DNA of 63,736 bases, the filler included, from an uncultured Thermoplasmatales archaeon (GTDB taxonomy: Archaea > Thermoplasmatota > E2 > DHVEG-1), in NCBI GenBank assembly GCA_964517155.1. It is 4 parts of 4 records of this genome, joined end to end, with 100 filler letters (N's around TTAATTAATTAA, not from the genome) between each part and the next. Parts side by side here need not be neighbours in the genome. Positions count along the whole stretch, not along the records: positions 1 to 28,466 come from CAZFAZ010000035.1; positions 28,567 to 57,692 come from CAZFAZ010000040.1; 2 more parts are not named here. One strand, 5' to 3'. Positions within the stretch are counted from its first letter, which is position 1. Each line of letters begins with the position of its first letter. Under the pieces are notes generated by a model. It saw only the letters and a list, made by a program, of their open reading frames with translations, searched no databases and had not been told where the DNA came from. Below, in pieces: positions 19,075 to 28,685 of this stretch. Made by a program: the position numbers and the translations under genes.

Positions 19075-20265
19075 TCATCTTTTTATTTTACTAACAAGTT
19101 GTTCTCCTAATTCAATAATTTTTTTATAATCATTATCTTTTGGTGGGCCTTTAATCTCATGAGTTCCAACAACTTCCAAACCAGTAGGGCCAAGTATTTC
19201 AGATACCTGTCTGAGTGCTCCACCACCCCAACCATATGAACTTAAAACAACGCCATATCTAAGAGGTGGTCGTAAAGCCCTCACAAGATAGGATGCATAA
19301 ATTCCAAGTGGATGCATACCGCCAAGCACCGTTGGTACACCTAAAACGATTGCTCGTGCGTCAACTAATTCCCTTGCGATATCACCAATATCAGAATTTG
19401 TAAGATCAAACTTACTAATCTGGATGTTATGAGAAAGTAATGTTTCTGTGATTGTGTTTATCATTTTTTCTGTGGATTTCCACATACTTACATAGACAAT
19501 AATTACTTTTTCTTTTGTTTCGCCCTTTGTCCATTTTTCATATGCGTTCAAAATTTTTTTAGGGTTTTTATATATAGGGCCATGACTAGGAGCAATAATA
19601 TCAATTTTTAGATCTTTAATTTTCTCCATTGCTTTACTACCCATGCGATTAAAAGGCATCATTATCTCTCCATAGTATCTCTTAGCAAAATGAATAAGTT
19701 CTTCGACATCATTGTCATATATTCCTGCTGAGGTATGAGCTCCAAAAAAATCACATGGAAAAAGAATTTTGTCTTCGATAACATAGGTAAACATTGTTTC
19801 AGGCCAGTGAAGCCAAGGTGCATCAACAAATTGAAGGGTTTTACCGCCTATATCAATTTTATCACCATCTTTAACAACTTTAATTCTCTTAATTGGGATG
19901 TTGAAAAAGGTTTGTGCCATTTCCGCTCCCTTTTCGGTTGATATCAATATTGCTTTTTTGCTCATGTCCATGATAACTGGGATTGTACCTGCATGATCTG
20001 GTTCTGCATGATTCATTATTAAAAAATCTATATTTTTTATCTCGGTTATTTGGTTAATCCTTTGGATAAGTTCATTTTCAAAACCAGGGTTAACCGTGTC
20101 TATGAGAACTGTTTTTTCTTTACCTTTTAGCAGATAGGAATTATATGTTGTCCCCTGAGGTAGTGGTATAAGAGAATCAAATATTCTTCGATTCCAATCT
20201 TTAACACCAACTGAAAATACATCTTTTGATATTTGAGGAATATTATATGTTTCCATTTTTTTCAT
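19075..20265 (-). CDS. fprA: Flavodiiron protein (FprA, O2/NO reductase)
   Basis: TTYNSY, NHAEPDH, LHWPETM, CDFFG, PSHG, flavodoxin domain SYGWGG. Confidence 0.93.
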   Translation of the reverse strand: MKKMETYNIPQISKDVFSVGVKDWNRRIFDSLIPLPQGTTYNSYLLKGKEKTVLIDTVNPGFENELIQRINQITEIKNIDFLIMNHAEPDHAGTIPVIMDMSKKAILISTEKGAEMAQTFFNIPIKRIKVVKDGDKIDIGGKTLQFVDAPWLHWPETMFTYVIEDKILFPCDFFGAHTSAGIYDNDVEELIHFAKRYYGEIMMPFNRMGSKAMEKIKDLKIDIIAPSHGPIYKNPKKILNAYEKWTKGETKEKVIIVYVSMWKSTEKMINTITETLLSHNIQISKFDLTNSDIGDIARELVDARAIVLGVPTVLGGMHPLGIYASYLVRALRPPLRYGVVLSSYGWGGGALRQVSEILGPTGLEVVGTHEIKGPPKDNDYKKIIELGEQLVSKIKR

Positions 20266-20415
20266 CTCTTTTTAATATCCTGATTCCTTTTTTAAATTCT
20301 TTTAGTTTTTTTAAGATTTTCTTTGTTTAGGTTTTAAATCTCTTTTTTAATCAAAAAAATAAAGTCATTTAAAAAATGATGGTTTTTCTCTTGTTGGAAC
20401 TATATGAGTGTGGGG

Positions 20416-20455
20416 AAGTGATTTCGACTTCAAATTTAAATCACTTTTTTTTTTT
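20416..20455 (+). terminator. Hairpin plus T-run, terminator-like
   Basis: AAGTGATTT (20416-24) / AAATCACTT (20438-46) followed by a long T tract; no upstream plus-strand CDS. Confidence 0.35.
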
Positions 20456-20650
20456 AACCAAAACAACATTAGCATATAACAATTGATGGTTTTTACTCTT
20501 GTTATGAGGTCAATTTTCAATTTTTATATCTTATGAATATGCAGACATATGTACATTTCAATATGCAGTTGAATAATCCTGCATACTAATATGGAATACC
20601 CAAAAATATAAGTTATACGAACAGGTTTCATGTTTTGAGGATGGAATTGT

Positions 20651-21058
20651 ATGATAAATAAAATAGAAGATTTTGGTCTAAACGCAGGAAAAATATGGAA
20701 AACATTAGACTTTCATGGCACTCTCACACCTACTAACCTAATGAAAAAAACTAAACTAAAAGATGATGAATTCTATGCCGCAATTGGATGGCTAGCACGA
20801 GAAAACAAAATATATTATGATGGAATGGTTTGCAGACTTAGCGAAACTAATCTAACTGAAAAAATAGGGCAAGATGCTCATAATGTATGGAATACACTAT
20901 ATAAATGCGGAGATATTGATGTAAAATATATCCCAAAGCTGACAGATATACCAAAGAAAGATACATATATTGCTCTTGGCTGGCTGGCATGCGAAGGAAA
21001 GATAAAAACAAGGAATGTAAAACCAAAGAAACCTCAGCTGCATTATGGACTTAAATAA
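20651..21058 (+). CDS. Tandem DUF2582 winged-helix protein
   Basis: Two internal repeats G.NAG.IW..L...AIGWLARE.KI and G.DA..VW..L...ALGWLACEGKI. Confidence 0.82.
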   Translation: MINKIEDFGLNAGKIWKTLDFHGTLTPTNLMKKTKLKDDEFYAAIGWLARENKIYYDGMVCRLSETNLTEKIGQDAHNVWNTLYKCGDIDVKYIPKLTDIPKKDTYIALGWLACEGKIKTRNVKPKKPQLHYGLK

Positions 21059-21107
21059 AAAGAGTTATACCATAGAATAACTATTCCTGAAATTGGGGGT
21101 AGTTACT

Positions 21108-21317
21108 ATGTTATACCGATATGAAGATTGGGCATTATATAAAAAAGATGTAACTTTAAAAGGTGGAAAGAAACAAACCATCTACTTTTTTACTAAAAGA
21201 ACGCCGAAAAGCGGTACACCATGTGATTTACCAAATGGCTACATAGTTAATGTGAACAAAAGAACAGGCCTGCCCTATCTGAAAAAGAAGGTAAACATCG
21301 CATCTTCTCATATATAA
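21108..21317 (+). CDS. Small basic conserved hypothetical protein
   Basis: KDVTLKGGKKQTIYFF...LPNGY.V.VNKRTGLPYLKK, very Lys-rich; GGGGGT upstream. Confidence 0.75.
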   Translation: MLYRYEDWALYKKDVTLKGGKKQTIYFFTKRTPKSGTPCDLPNGYIVNVNKRTGLPYLKKKVNIASSHI

Positions 21318-21355
21318 CATGTTAAAAAATATTTATTAACCCTGTTACAAAATAA

Positions 21356-22486
21356 CTATATCACTTCTCTATAAACATCAAGTGTATTATCTGCAACCCT
21401 GTCCCAGGTAAATAAATCTATCTCACGTTTCCCCTCATTTGCAAGGGTTCTATGCAACGGGTCATATCTAAGTAGAGATACAATTTTATTTGCCATTTCA
21501 TCGGTATCCCAGAAATCAACACGTAGACAGTTTTTAAACGCCTCAGAAAAACCAGCCGTCTTACTAGCAATAGTAGGAGTCCCTGCACTAATTGCTTCAA
21601 GTGCGGTAATGCCAAAAGGCTCACTTACCGAGGGCATTACATATACACTAGAAATACCATAGATATGTTTAACTTCATCCTCAGTAAGCCTACCTGTAAA
21701 AATAGTCCTATCAGAAATACCAAGATCGATAGCCTGACTAATCAACCTCGGCAGCATATCACCAGTACCTGCAACCACAAACTTAGCATCAGGCTCAAAA
21801 TCTTTTACTTTTTGAGCGGCACGAAGGAAAAACTCAGCACCCTTCTGAATAGTAAGACGGCCTAAAAACAATACAATCTCTTTTTTATGGCCTTCTTCAA
21901 GCGGGTATACTGCGTTATGAACAACTGTTATTTTATCTGGGTTAATACCATATTTTTCAACACAAACCCTTTTAGTAAACTGGCTTACCGCAATTATCTT
22001 ATCTGCCTTTTGCATCCCCTCCCGCTCGATATCTATAAACCACTGGTTTGGATAAAGCCAACCTGAACGGTCATATTCTGTAGAATGAATAGTTAGAACC
22101 ATAGGCATTCCTAGTTCTTCTTTTAAAACAGAAGCTGCTTTCATCGTAAGCCAATCATGAGCATGAATCAAATCAAATCTTCCTTCAGCTTTTGCAACAG
22201 CTTTAACTCTGGCAACAACAAGTTGATTATATCTATCAACTGCTTCAAAGAATTTACCACCTATTGCTTTATCATCAGGGCGATCATAAGGAAAAATTTC
22301 TGCTTCTCCAACTTCCTTTATCACAAGGTTTTTTTTATCACTATTTGTTGAATGTTTTGTTTTAGGCATAAAAAAATAGACTTTTGTATTATTATCCGCA
22401 AGACTACGTGTAAGTCCATAGCAATGAGTGGCAAGACCACCTGCTTTAAACGGTGGATACTCCCAACCAATCATTGCTATTCTCAT
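21356..22486 (-). CDS. Glycosyltransferase family 4 (glycogen-synthase-like)
   Basis: WEYPP..GGL, HAHDW, HSTEYDR, GRLTIQKG, PSVSEPFGITALEA. Confidence 0.92.
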   Translation of the reverse strand: MRIAMIGWEYPPFKAGGLATHCYGLTRSLADNNTKVYFFMPKTKHSTNSDKKNLVIKEVGEAEIFPYDRPDDKAIGGKFFEAVDRYNQLVVARVKAVAKAEGRFDLIHAHDWLTMKAASVLKEELGMPMVLTIHSTEYDRSGWLYPNQWFIDIEREGMQKADKIIAVSQFTKRVCVEKYGINPDKITVVHNAVYPLEEGHKKEIVLFLGRLTIQKGAEFFLRAAQKVKDFEPDAKFVVAGTGDMLPRLISQAIDLGISDRTIFTGRLTEDEVKHIYGISSVYVMPSVSEPFGITALEAISAGTPTIASKTAGFSEAFKNCLRVDFWDTDEMANKIVSLLRYDPLHRTLANEGKREIDLFTWDRVADNTLDVYREVI

Positions 22487-22801
22487 CTAATAATAAACCT
22501 CCTGATTAATTTTTTTTAATAAGTGTATTTTATATTTTCTTCGTTTTGTTTAATAATTATTTTTTATTAGCTCTCCTCGTAAATTTAAATTTTTTTTTAA
22601 TGTATTAGTGGATGAAGTGGGAGATGTTTTTTTTTGATCTTTTTAGCCATAAAAAAACAGAGGATAATATTCAGCACTCTCCAAACATATCATCTGTTTT
22701 TTTATGACACCATCCCGCCGGGATCTGTTTCTAATTGATTAGCACATATTAAATGTTAATTAGAAAATAGGGTGAAAAAAGGTCGAAAACAAGGCAAAAT
22801 T

Positions 22802-24814
22802 TTAGAGGTTTTGTCTTTTATGAATTAATTCTTCTCCTTTTTGTGCAATATGTACTGTTTTTGTTCGTCCTTGCTTTTCTATGGATATCAATCCTTCATT
22901 TTCAAGATTTTTTACTCTTTTTGCTGTAGTTGATTTATCTATAAAAAATTCTTTGTTGATTTTCTTAAAAGTCACAATAGAATTAAGCCGGTTCTGTTTG
23001 TAAATAAAATGCAAAATATCATATAATTTATCCTCGATTTGTACATCATCTATCCTTTGACCTGGAAAAATTTGTATCTCAGATCCAATGAAACTTGTTT
23101 GTTTTATATCTAATAGATTTGGGTTAAGATAGATTAACAAAATTGAGTTATTTTTTAATATTATGCTATTAATTTTATACAAAGTCTTCATAAACTCTTC
23201 AAAAGAAAAATTAGCTATCAAATAATCAAGTCGTTCAAGTAAAACTACCGATTTTTTGTTTTTTAAAGTAAAATCAGTTATCTTTTTTTCTAGTTCATTA
23301 AGACTAGATATATTACGGTAACCATTTATTTTATTTTTATTTAACAACTCAACTTGAGTGTTTTCTGATAACATAATACTTTTTATGCTATCTGGATTTC
23401 TTCGGGTGATATACAGACCTTTGTAGTCTAGTTTAGTCAAATTGGTGAATACATCTAAACCAATCTGGTTGTTTTTCTCACTTATAAGATAACTATTCCC
23501 TTTTAGTAAATTTTTATGACTTTTCTGCTCATGAGCAATATCTTTTCCAAAAATAAGAAGATCTACTGTTTTATCATCATTTTTTTCTATTTTTGTGATA
23601 TAACTAGGTTTTATTATCTTTTTAGATCCTTTTTTTGTTTTTATTATTATCTCGTCTATAATATTTTTTTTTCCATTTCTTATATTTTGAATATCTCCCA
23701 ATAAATCTTGAGTTTGATCAAAAACATCTGATAATTCTTCTAAAGTTTTGTTTATTACTTGTCTTTTTTTGTATCCTGTGGTCTGTTCTGCAGTGTTATT
23801 CCACAGAGTTATTTTATTATTTTCATCAAGAGACATCATAATCTCTGAGGTGTTATCAATAATGTTTTGCAAATATTCCTTGGTCTTAAATATTTCTTCT
23901 TCTGATTTTTTCCTAGCTAATGCACTACCAAGAATTTCAGAGATTATTCTAAGAAGCTCAATATCACTTTTATTCCATGATCCTTTTCTAAATACATTAT
24001 CGAAACCTAGAAATCCGCTTAGTTCATTATTTATATGTAATGGTAGAACAACAAGTGATTTGATATCTTGTTTTTCCAATATTTCTTTTTCAGATTGTGC
24101 TTCATCTGGTAATTTTGAAACATCTTTGATATGAATAATTTCGTTATTATGAATTTTTTTCATCCACCATGGAGTCATAGATATAGGTACATTCTGTAAG
24201 TTATTTATCTGTGGGGTTACACCATTTGCACACCATTCATGTGTGTTGCTCATAGTAGTTCTGCCTTCATTATATAGGAATAAATAAGCTCGGCTAGCGC
24301 CACTGAATATACCGATATTTTTTAGAGTATTGTTAATTGCATCATCGATATTTGAAAGACCAACAAATTGAGATGAAACTTTCGAGATAGTTTTTTCAAA
24401 ATCTAATCTAAATTTAATATTTTCCTCGATATGTTTTTTTTCTGTGATATCATATATAACTCCTTGGACTAAAATAGGCTTACCTGAATCATCACAAATA
24501 TTCTGAATTATTTCGTGTACCCATCGAATATCGCCATCTTTACGGATTATACGGTATTCGAGTTCAACAGAAAAATTTGGTATTGAATGAATCTTTCCAA
24601 TGCTGCCATTTTTATGTATTATACTTAAATCCTCTGGATGAATAACTTCATCCCATTTTAGGTTGCTTGAGATAAAATCTTTTTCTGTGTAGCCGGTTAT
24701 TTCTTCAACAGCGCCATCAAAAAATATTGGCTGCCAGTTCATATCCCCTTGAAAAGCTATACCCTTGAAATTATGAATAAAGCCTTTGTATCTTTTTTCT
24801 TCATTTTTTAACAC
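22802..24814 (-). CDS. PAS-GAF-PAS-DUF835-winged HTH one-component sensor
   Basis: PAS/PAC (IHPED, EYRI.RKDG..RWV), GAF (NTHEWCA.GV.PQ, GFLGFD), PAS, DUF835 (GLYITRRNP, VVLLERLDYL..NF), C-terminal HTH KSTTAKRVKNLENEGLI. Confidence 0.82.
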   Translation of the reverse strand: MLKNEEKRYKGFIHNFKGIAFQGDMNWQPIFFDGAVEEITGYTEKDFISSNLKWDEVIHPEDLSIIHKNGSIGKIHSIPNFSVELEYRIIRKDGDIRWVHEIIQNICDDSGKPILVQGVIYDITEKKHIEENIKFRLDFEKTISKVSSQFVGLSNIDDAINNTLKNIGIFSGASRAYLFLYNEGRTTMSNTHEWCANGVTPQINNLQNVPISMTPWWMKKIHNNEIIHIKDVSKLPDEAQSEKEILEKQDIKSLVVLPLHINNELSGFLGFDNVFRKGSWNKSDIELLRIISEILGSALARKKSEEEIFKTKEYLQNIIDNTSEIMMSLDENNKITLWNNTAEQTTGYKKRQVINKTLEELSDVFDQTQDLLGDIQNIRNGKKNIIDEIIIKTKKGSKKIIKPSYITKIEKNDDKTVDLLIFGKDIAHEQKSHKNLLKGNSYLISEKNNQIGLDVFTNLTKLDYKGLYITRRNPDSIKSIMLSENTQVELLNKNKINGYRNISSLNELEKKITDFTLKNKKSVVLLERLDYLIANFSFEEFMKTLYKINSIILKNNSILLIYLNPNLLDIKQTSFIGSEIQIFPGQRIDDVQIEDKLYDILHFIYKQNRLNSIVTFKKINKEFFIDKSTTAKRVKNLENEGLISIEKQGRTKTVHIAQKGEELIHKRQNL

Positions 24815-24995
24815 GTTTTTTTGTTTATCAAAGTATATATTTTCTCCCCCAGTTAATACTCATTAGAAGGTATAAATTTGTAATTTAATATATCTTTCTC
24901 GAAAAATAGGTGACCTATCACAAAAATGTTATTGTATTTTTTTTGGTTTCTCAATATCTTATATTTTATTGAGTTTTTTTGTTGATTAGTTGTTT

Positions 24996-25541
24996 TTAAG
25001 TCTTGGAAAGAATAATAGCTACACCTTTTTCTCCATCTTTTAATACAGCTGGGATATATTTAGCATGAAGGCGATCTGGCTTTGAATTTTTGTTTCCGTT
25101 GTATACAATGTTATCTTCTAAAATCTCTTGTTTTTCTAAAGCATCTTTAATATTATCAGTCATTTTTGGATGTGACTCTGAAATCGGTAGATTTTTGATA
25201 AGTTTTCCAATTACATCTTCTTTTTTTGCTAATCCTAAATATTTAACAAAAGGATTATTTATCTCTATTGTCTTCATATCTTTTGTAACAACAATTATAA
25301 ACTCTTTTGCGTAATCAAACACAGCTGAAACAGGAACAGATCTTGAGGAGAAATACACCTTTGATCGCCCAAATTTTTCAACATCAACTTCGCCTTTTAC
25401 TTGAAGAACATCGAGGTATTTTCCAACTACATTACGATTTATACCGATTTTTTTTGCAATGTCTTTTGTTGTTATTCCTCTTGGGCTTTCTTTTACTATT
25501 TTTTTGATTTTGTCAAGTTCTTTTTCGTAACTTATTTTCAT
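24996..25541 (-). CDS. HTH + PAS domain regulator
   Basis: PRGITTKDIAKKIGINRNVVGKYL..GRSKVY followed by PAS (N..F..YLG..KEDVIGK). Confidence 0.82.
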   Translation of the reverse strand: MKISYEKELDKIKKIVKESPRGITTKDIAKKIGINRNVVGKYLDVLQVKGEVDVEKFGRSKVYFSSRSVPVSAVFDYAKEFIIVVTKDMKTIEINNPFVKYLGLAKKEDVIGKLIKNLPISESHPKMTDNIKDALEKQEILEDNIVYNGNKNSKPDRLHAKYIPAVLKDGEKGVAIILSKT

Positions 25542-25595
25542 CTCTCGTTCACAAAGCTTGTAATACGTAATGCGTATTTATGCATTTCTATTTAG

Positions 25596-25735
25596 CATTG
25601 CAATATAGCAATGACTTTTTGTCAGATTGGCATTTTCCCAGGAAAATTATAAATAGTGGCAATAACAGATAGTTATATAGCAATGCAATATAGCATTGCC
25701 ATAAAATGATATTATATTGATATGCTAAATTGCAT
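25596..25735. promoter_or_regulatory. Three TGC-N6-GCA palindromic operator candidates in a divergent promoter
   Basis: CATTGC-aatata-GCAATG (25596-613), GCAATGC-aatata-GCATTGC (25680-699), ATGC-taaatt-GCAT (25722-735). Confidence 0.6.
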
Positions 25736-25757
25736 TGAACATTGGTGAGGTGGTGAA

Positions 25758-26378
25758 ATGAACAATATGGGAAGTACAGGCATAACAGCTATACCATTAC
25801 TTGTAAGCTTTTTACTGATTGGTGCAACTACATCATCAGTAATATTTGATGGTATGGATGATATAGCATTAGATGCTGAACAAACATTGAAAGACACAAT
25901 AGACGAAATAACAACATATCTAAAAATAGAGGAGGCTATCGGTAAATATTATACAACTAACGGAATCCGTAGAGTTGAAAAGATAGTGATTTTCATAAAA
26001 CAATTTATTCCAAACGAAATCAACATGTCTGAAGTAAAAATAAAAATATGTAACAATAACGATGTAATATTATTAGATTACAGCGGATTTGCTGTTGAAA
26101 GCAATTCAAAAGCTACATTTGAAAATCAAGTATGGGATTTAACAAATAACACATATAGTTTAATCGTAATCCACGACAAAGATAGATCTCTTTTAGATTA
26201 TAATGTAATGAATGGAGATATTGCCCTTATTGCAATTAGACTACCAGATCAATTTGCCATGGGAAACAGCGATTCTATTACCGTATCAATAATGCCTTCT
26301 AAAGGGATAACCAGCTCCATTATTCTTGAAACACCGTCAGTTCATATATCTAATATTATATCTTTTGGAAGAATATAA
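25758..26378 (+). CDS. Archaellin (FlaB/ArlB)-like protein
   Basis: Class III-type N-terminus G|ITAIPLLVSFLLIGATTSSVI, then a beta-rich domain with D.DRS...MNGDIALI and PSKG; strong GAGGTG RBS. Confidence 0.75.
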   Translation: MNNMGSTGITAIPLLVSFLLIGATTSSVIFDGMDDIALDAEQTLKDTIDEITTYLKIEEAIGKYYTTNGIRRVEKIVIFIKQFIPNEINMSEVKIKICNNNDVILLDYSGFAVESNSKATFENQVWDLTNNTYSLIVIHDKDRSLLDYNVMNGDIALIAIRLPDQFAMGNSDSITVSIMPSKGITSSIILETPSVHISNIISFGRI

Positions 26379-26398
26379 ACAAAGAAGGGTGATGAAAA

Positions 26399-26578
26399 AT
26401 GCAGAAAATAATCGTTGGAAACACCGATAAAACTCAAGATGAAAATGTACAAAAAACAAAGGAACAACCATTTAGTTCACCACCCACAAACATCCAGAAA
26501 ACAGAAAAGAAGGGGGGAAAAAACATATGCTGTTTTGTCCTCCCTTTAACAAAACAAAATGAGGCGGTTAATTGTTGA
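26399..26578 (+). CDS. Possible 59-aa small ORF
   Basis: GGGTGA RBS before ATG; stop overlaps next ORF; no recognisable motif. Confidence 0.3.
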   Translation: MQKIIVGNTDKTQDENVQKTKEQPFSSPPTNIQKTEKKGGKNICCFVLPLTKQNEAVNC

Positions 26579-27375
26579 AGTGTAATGAATATACTGTAAA
26601 AGACATATCCATATCTTGCTCTGATTTCGACATTAAAAAACTAGAGATATACGGTGATTATATTTTTGAAAAAAATGAAATTGTAAAAAAAATTAAAAAC
26701 GCAGTTGAAGAATTTTTAAATTATAATAAAGATGTTGATTATCTCGTAGCATATTATTATCCAACCTATGACGATATGAAAAACAATTTAGCACTATGCT
26801 GTATTATATTAAGCCAAAATATCAAAAATATAAATCTAACATATGAAAATATTCATCAAAAACTTATATGGAACGAATATTATGATTTCTTCAGTGCTTC
26901 TAAAAAAGCAATTAAAACCCCGTACTCTAATGTTTTAAACGAAGCAAATAAAATGTTGCAAGTTGTAGAGGAAGCTTACTTCATTATTTATGAGCTATTG
27001 ATAGAAGTCAATTATAAAGACCCTGCCAAATCAAACAATCTTCAAGAGCGTCTGGAACGATGGTTAATCAGAGCAGAGCATATCAATAAATATTTATATA
27101 AACTAAAACCCATCGTCAATTATGATTTTGTATGTCTAATGCGCCATATGAATGATATTTTGTATTATTGTTATGTATCACAGCATAATGAAATCTCAAA
27201 TATGAAAAGTAATGAACAATTGATGATTGATAAAGAAATAGTAAATGTAATAGACAAATTCAAAATAATTCATCAACAACTAACAGATTTTATTAAAAGA
27301 TATTCAAATAAGGAGACTAATAACGATATTATTAAATTATTTTTGGAAGAAAACTTTGAAGAAAAAAGGAGGTAA
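26572..27375 (+). CDS. Hypothetical helical protein
   Basis: 267 aa ORF, GAGGCGG upstream. Confidence 0.7.
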   Translation: MLKCNEYTVKDISISCSDFDIKKLEIYGDYIFEKNEIVKKIKNAVEEFLNYNKDVDYLVAYYYPTYDDMKNNLALCCIILSQNIKNINLTYENIHQKLIWNEYYDFFSASKKAIKTPYSNVLNEANKMLQVVEEAYFIIYELLIEVNYKDPAKSNNLQERLERWLIRAEHINKYLYKLKPIVNYDFVCLMRHMNDILYYCYVSQHNEISNMKSNEQLMIDKEIVNVIDKFKIIHQQLTDFIKRYSNKETNNDIIKLFLEENFEEKRR

Positions 27376-27382
27376 AAGAAAT

Positions 27383-27769
27383 ATGAAAAAAATAATGGTG
27401 GTAGATGACGACTCGGATGTAAGAGACTCTGTTAAGTACGCATTGGAATATTATTCCGACTATGAGGTCATATGCGTTGAAAGCGGGAATAGTTGTTATG
27501 AACTATTAAAAAATAATGAAATACCAGACCTTATCATATTAGATATTATGATGCCTGGCATGAGTGGATGGATGCTTACCGACAGATTAAAAGAAAATCC
27601 ATCATGGAAAAAAATCCCTGTTGTTTTTCTTACTGCTCGTTTGGATAAATTTGCTGAAGACATTGGAAAAAAATTAAGCGATGATTATATCAAAAAACCT
27701 TTTGATATAAAGGATTTGAAGAAGAGAATTGACAAGATTTTAAAAAGCTATAGTTTAAAAGACAATTAA
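27383..27769 (+). CDS. Single-domain response regulator receiver
   Basis: IMVVDDD, PDLIILDIMMPGMSG, FLTA, YIKKPF; AGGAGG RBS. Confidence 0.93.
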   Translation: MKKIMVVDDDSDVRDSVKYALEYYSDYEVICVESGNSCYELLKNNEIPDLIILDIMMPGMSGWMLTDRLKENPSWKKIPVVFLTARLDKFAEDIGKKLSDDYIKKPFDIKDLKKRIDKILKSYSLKDN

Positions 27770-27847
27770 GTTTATCTTAGCGACAACATCTGGTTATTTT
27801 GCAAAATTTCCAGAAGTTTATGATAAAATATTAGCATTATACTGACA

Positions 27848-27950
27848 GATAATAACATGTCTACATGGGAATTCGAGCATCTGTGTGCCGTCGCATTTTA
27901 ACGTATTATATCTGTTGAATCTGTTTTATTATTAAAATATTCAAATCATC
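27848..27950. repeat. Dispersed direct repeat copy 2
   Basis: Ungapped alignment to 16922-17024. Confidence 0.8.
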
Positions 27951-27990
27951 ATTTTAATATAAAGTATTACACTTTTTTTAGAATCTAAAT

Positions 27991-28341
27991 CTATTTTTCT
28001 TTCTTAATTTTTGATTGAATAAGCAATATTTGATCTTTTAGCTCCGGTATTTTGTTTTCAACAACATCCCATACAATTTCTGTATCGATGCCAAAATATG
28101 CATGTATTAAAATATCTCTTAAACCTGCAATTTTTTTCCATTCCATTTCTGGATATTTTTCTATTAATTCTTTTGGTAAACGTTTTACAGCTTCGCCTAT
28201 AATTTCAAGATTTCTTACAATCGCATCTTGATAAAGCCGACTTTCAGAAAAATCATCAAATGTAAGATTTGTAGTATATGACTCAATTCTATCGATTGCT
28301 TCTAAAATATCACTTATATATGCTTTATAATCCCGCGGCAT
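27991..28341 (-). CDS. HepT-like HEPN RNase toxin (DUF86)
   Basis: [23 protein letters not shown] (Rx4HxY). Confidence 0.92.
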   Translation of the reverse strand: MPRDYKAYISDILEAIDRIESYTTNLTFDDFSESRLYQDAIVRNLEIIGEAVKRLPKELIEKYPEMEWKKIAGLRDILIHAYFGIDTEIVWDVVENKIPELKDQILLIQSKIKKEK

Positions 28342-28466
28342 ATTTCACACTCTTTAATATATTCGGCTTTAAATCAACTTTTAATGCTTCCTTTATTACA
28401 AGATCAACCTTGCAGTCAAATAGATTTTCTAAATAAAACTTTAAATCCATATAGTTATCAAATGTT
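28325..28466 (-). CDS. MntA-like minimal nucleotidyltransferase antitoxin, C-terminal part (5' end lost in gap)
   Basis: [29 protein letters not shown]...* overlapping hepT start. Confidence 0.85.
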
Positions 28467-28566
28467 NNNNNNNNNNNNNNNNNNNNNNNNNNNNNNNNNN
28501 NNNNNNNNNNTTAATTAATTAANNNNNNNNNNNNNNNNNNNNNNNNNNNNNNNNNNNNNNNNNNNN
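28467..28566. other. Artificial contig-join spacer
   Basis: N44-TTAATTAATTAA-N44, identical at three places. Confidence 0.97.
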
Positions 28567-28685
28567 TTTGTAAACGGTTGAAACGTTGGGTGTTTATTCA
28601 ATTAGCTGGGAGATTGAAAGAGCAAAGAAGTGTTCTTTCAACCTAAATCTGCAAAAGTCTTGGTATAACTTACAGTTTGCATTAA

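Noticed and set aside
28467..28566. TTAATTAATTAA palindrome inside N-runs (also 57693-57792 and 60749-60848) as a biological repeat
   Set aside because: Identical 100-nt six-frame-stop assembly linker; neighbourhoods across it were not interpreted
28567..28685. Possible gene or IS fragment at the contig start
   Set aside because: No recognisable motif in any frame; too short to call
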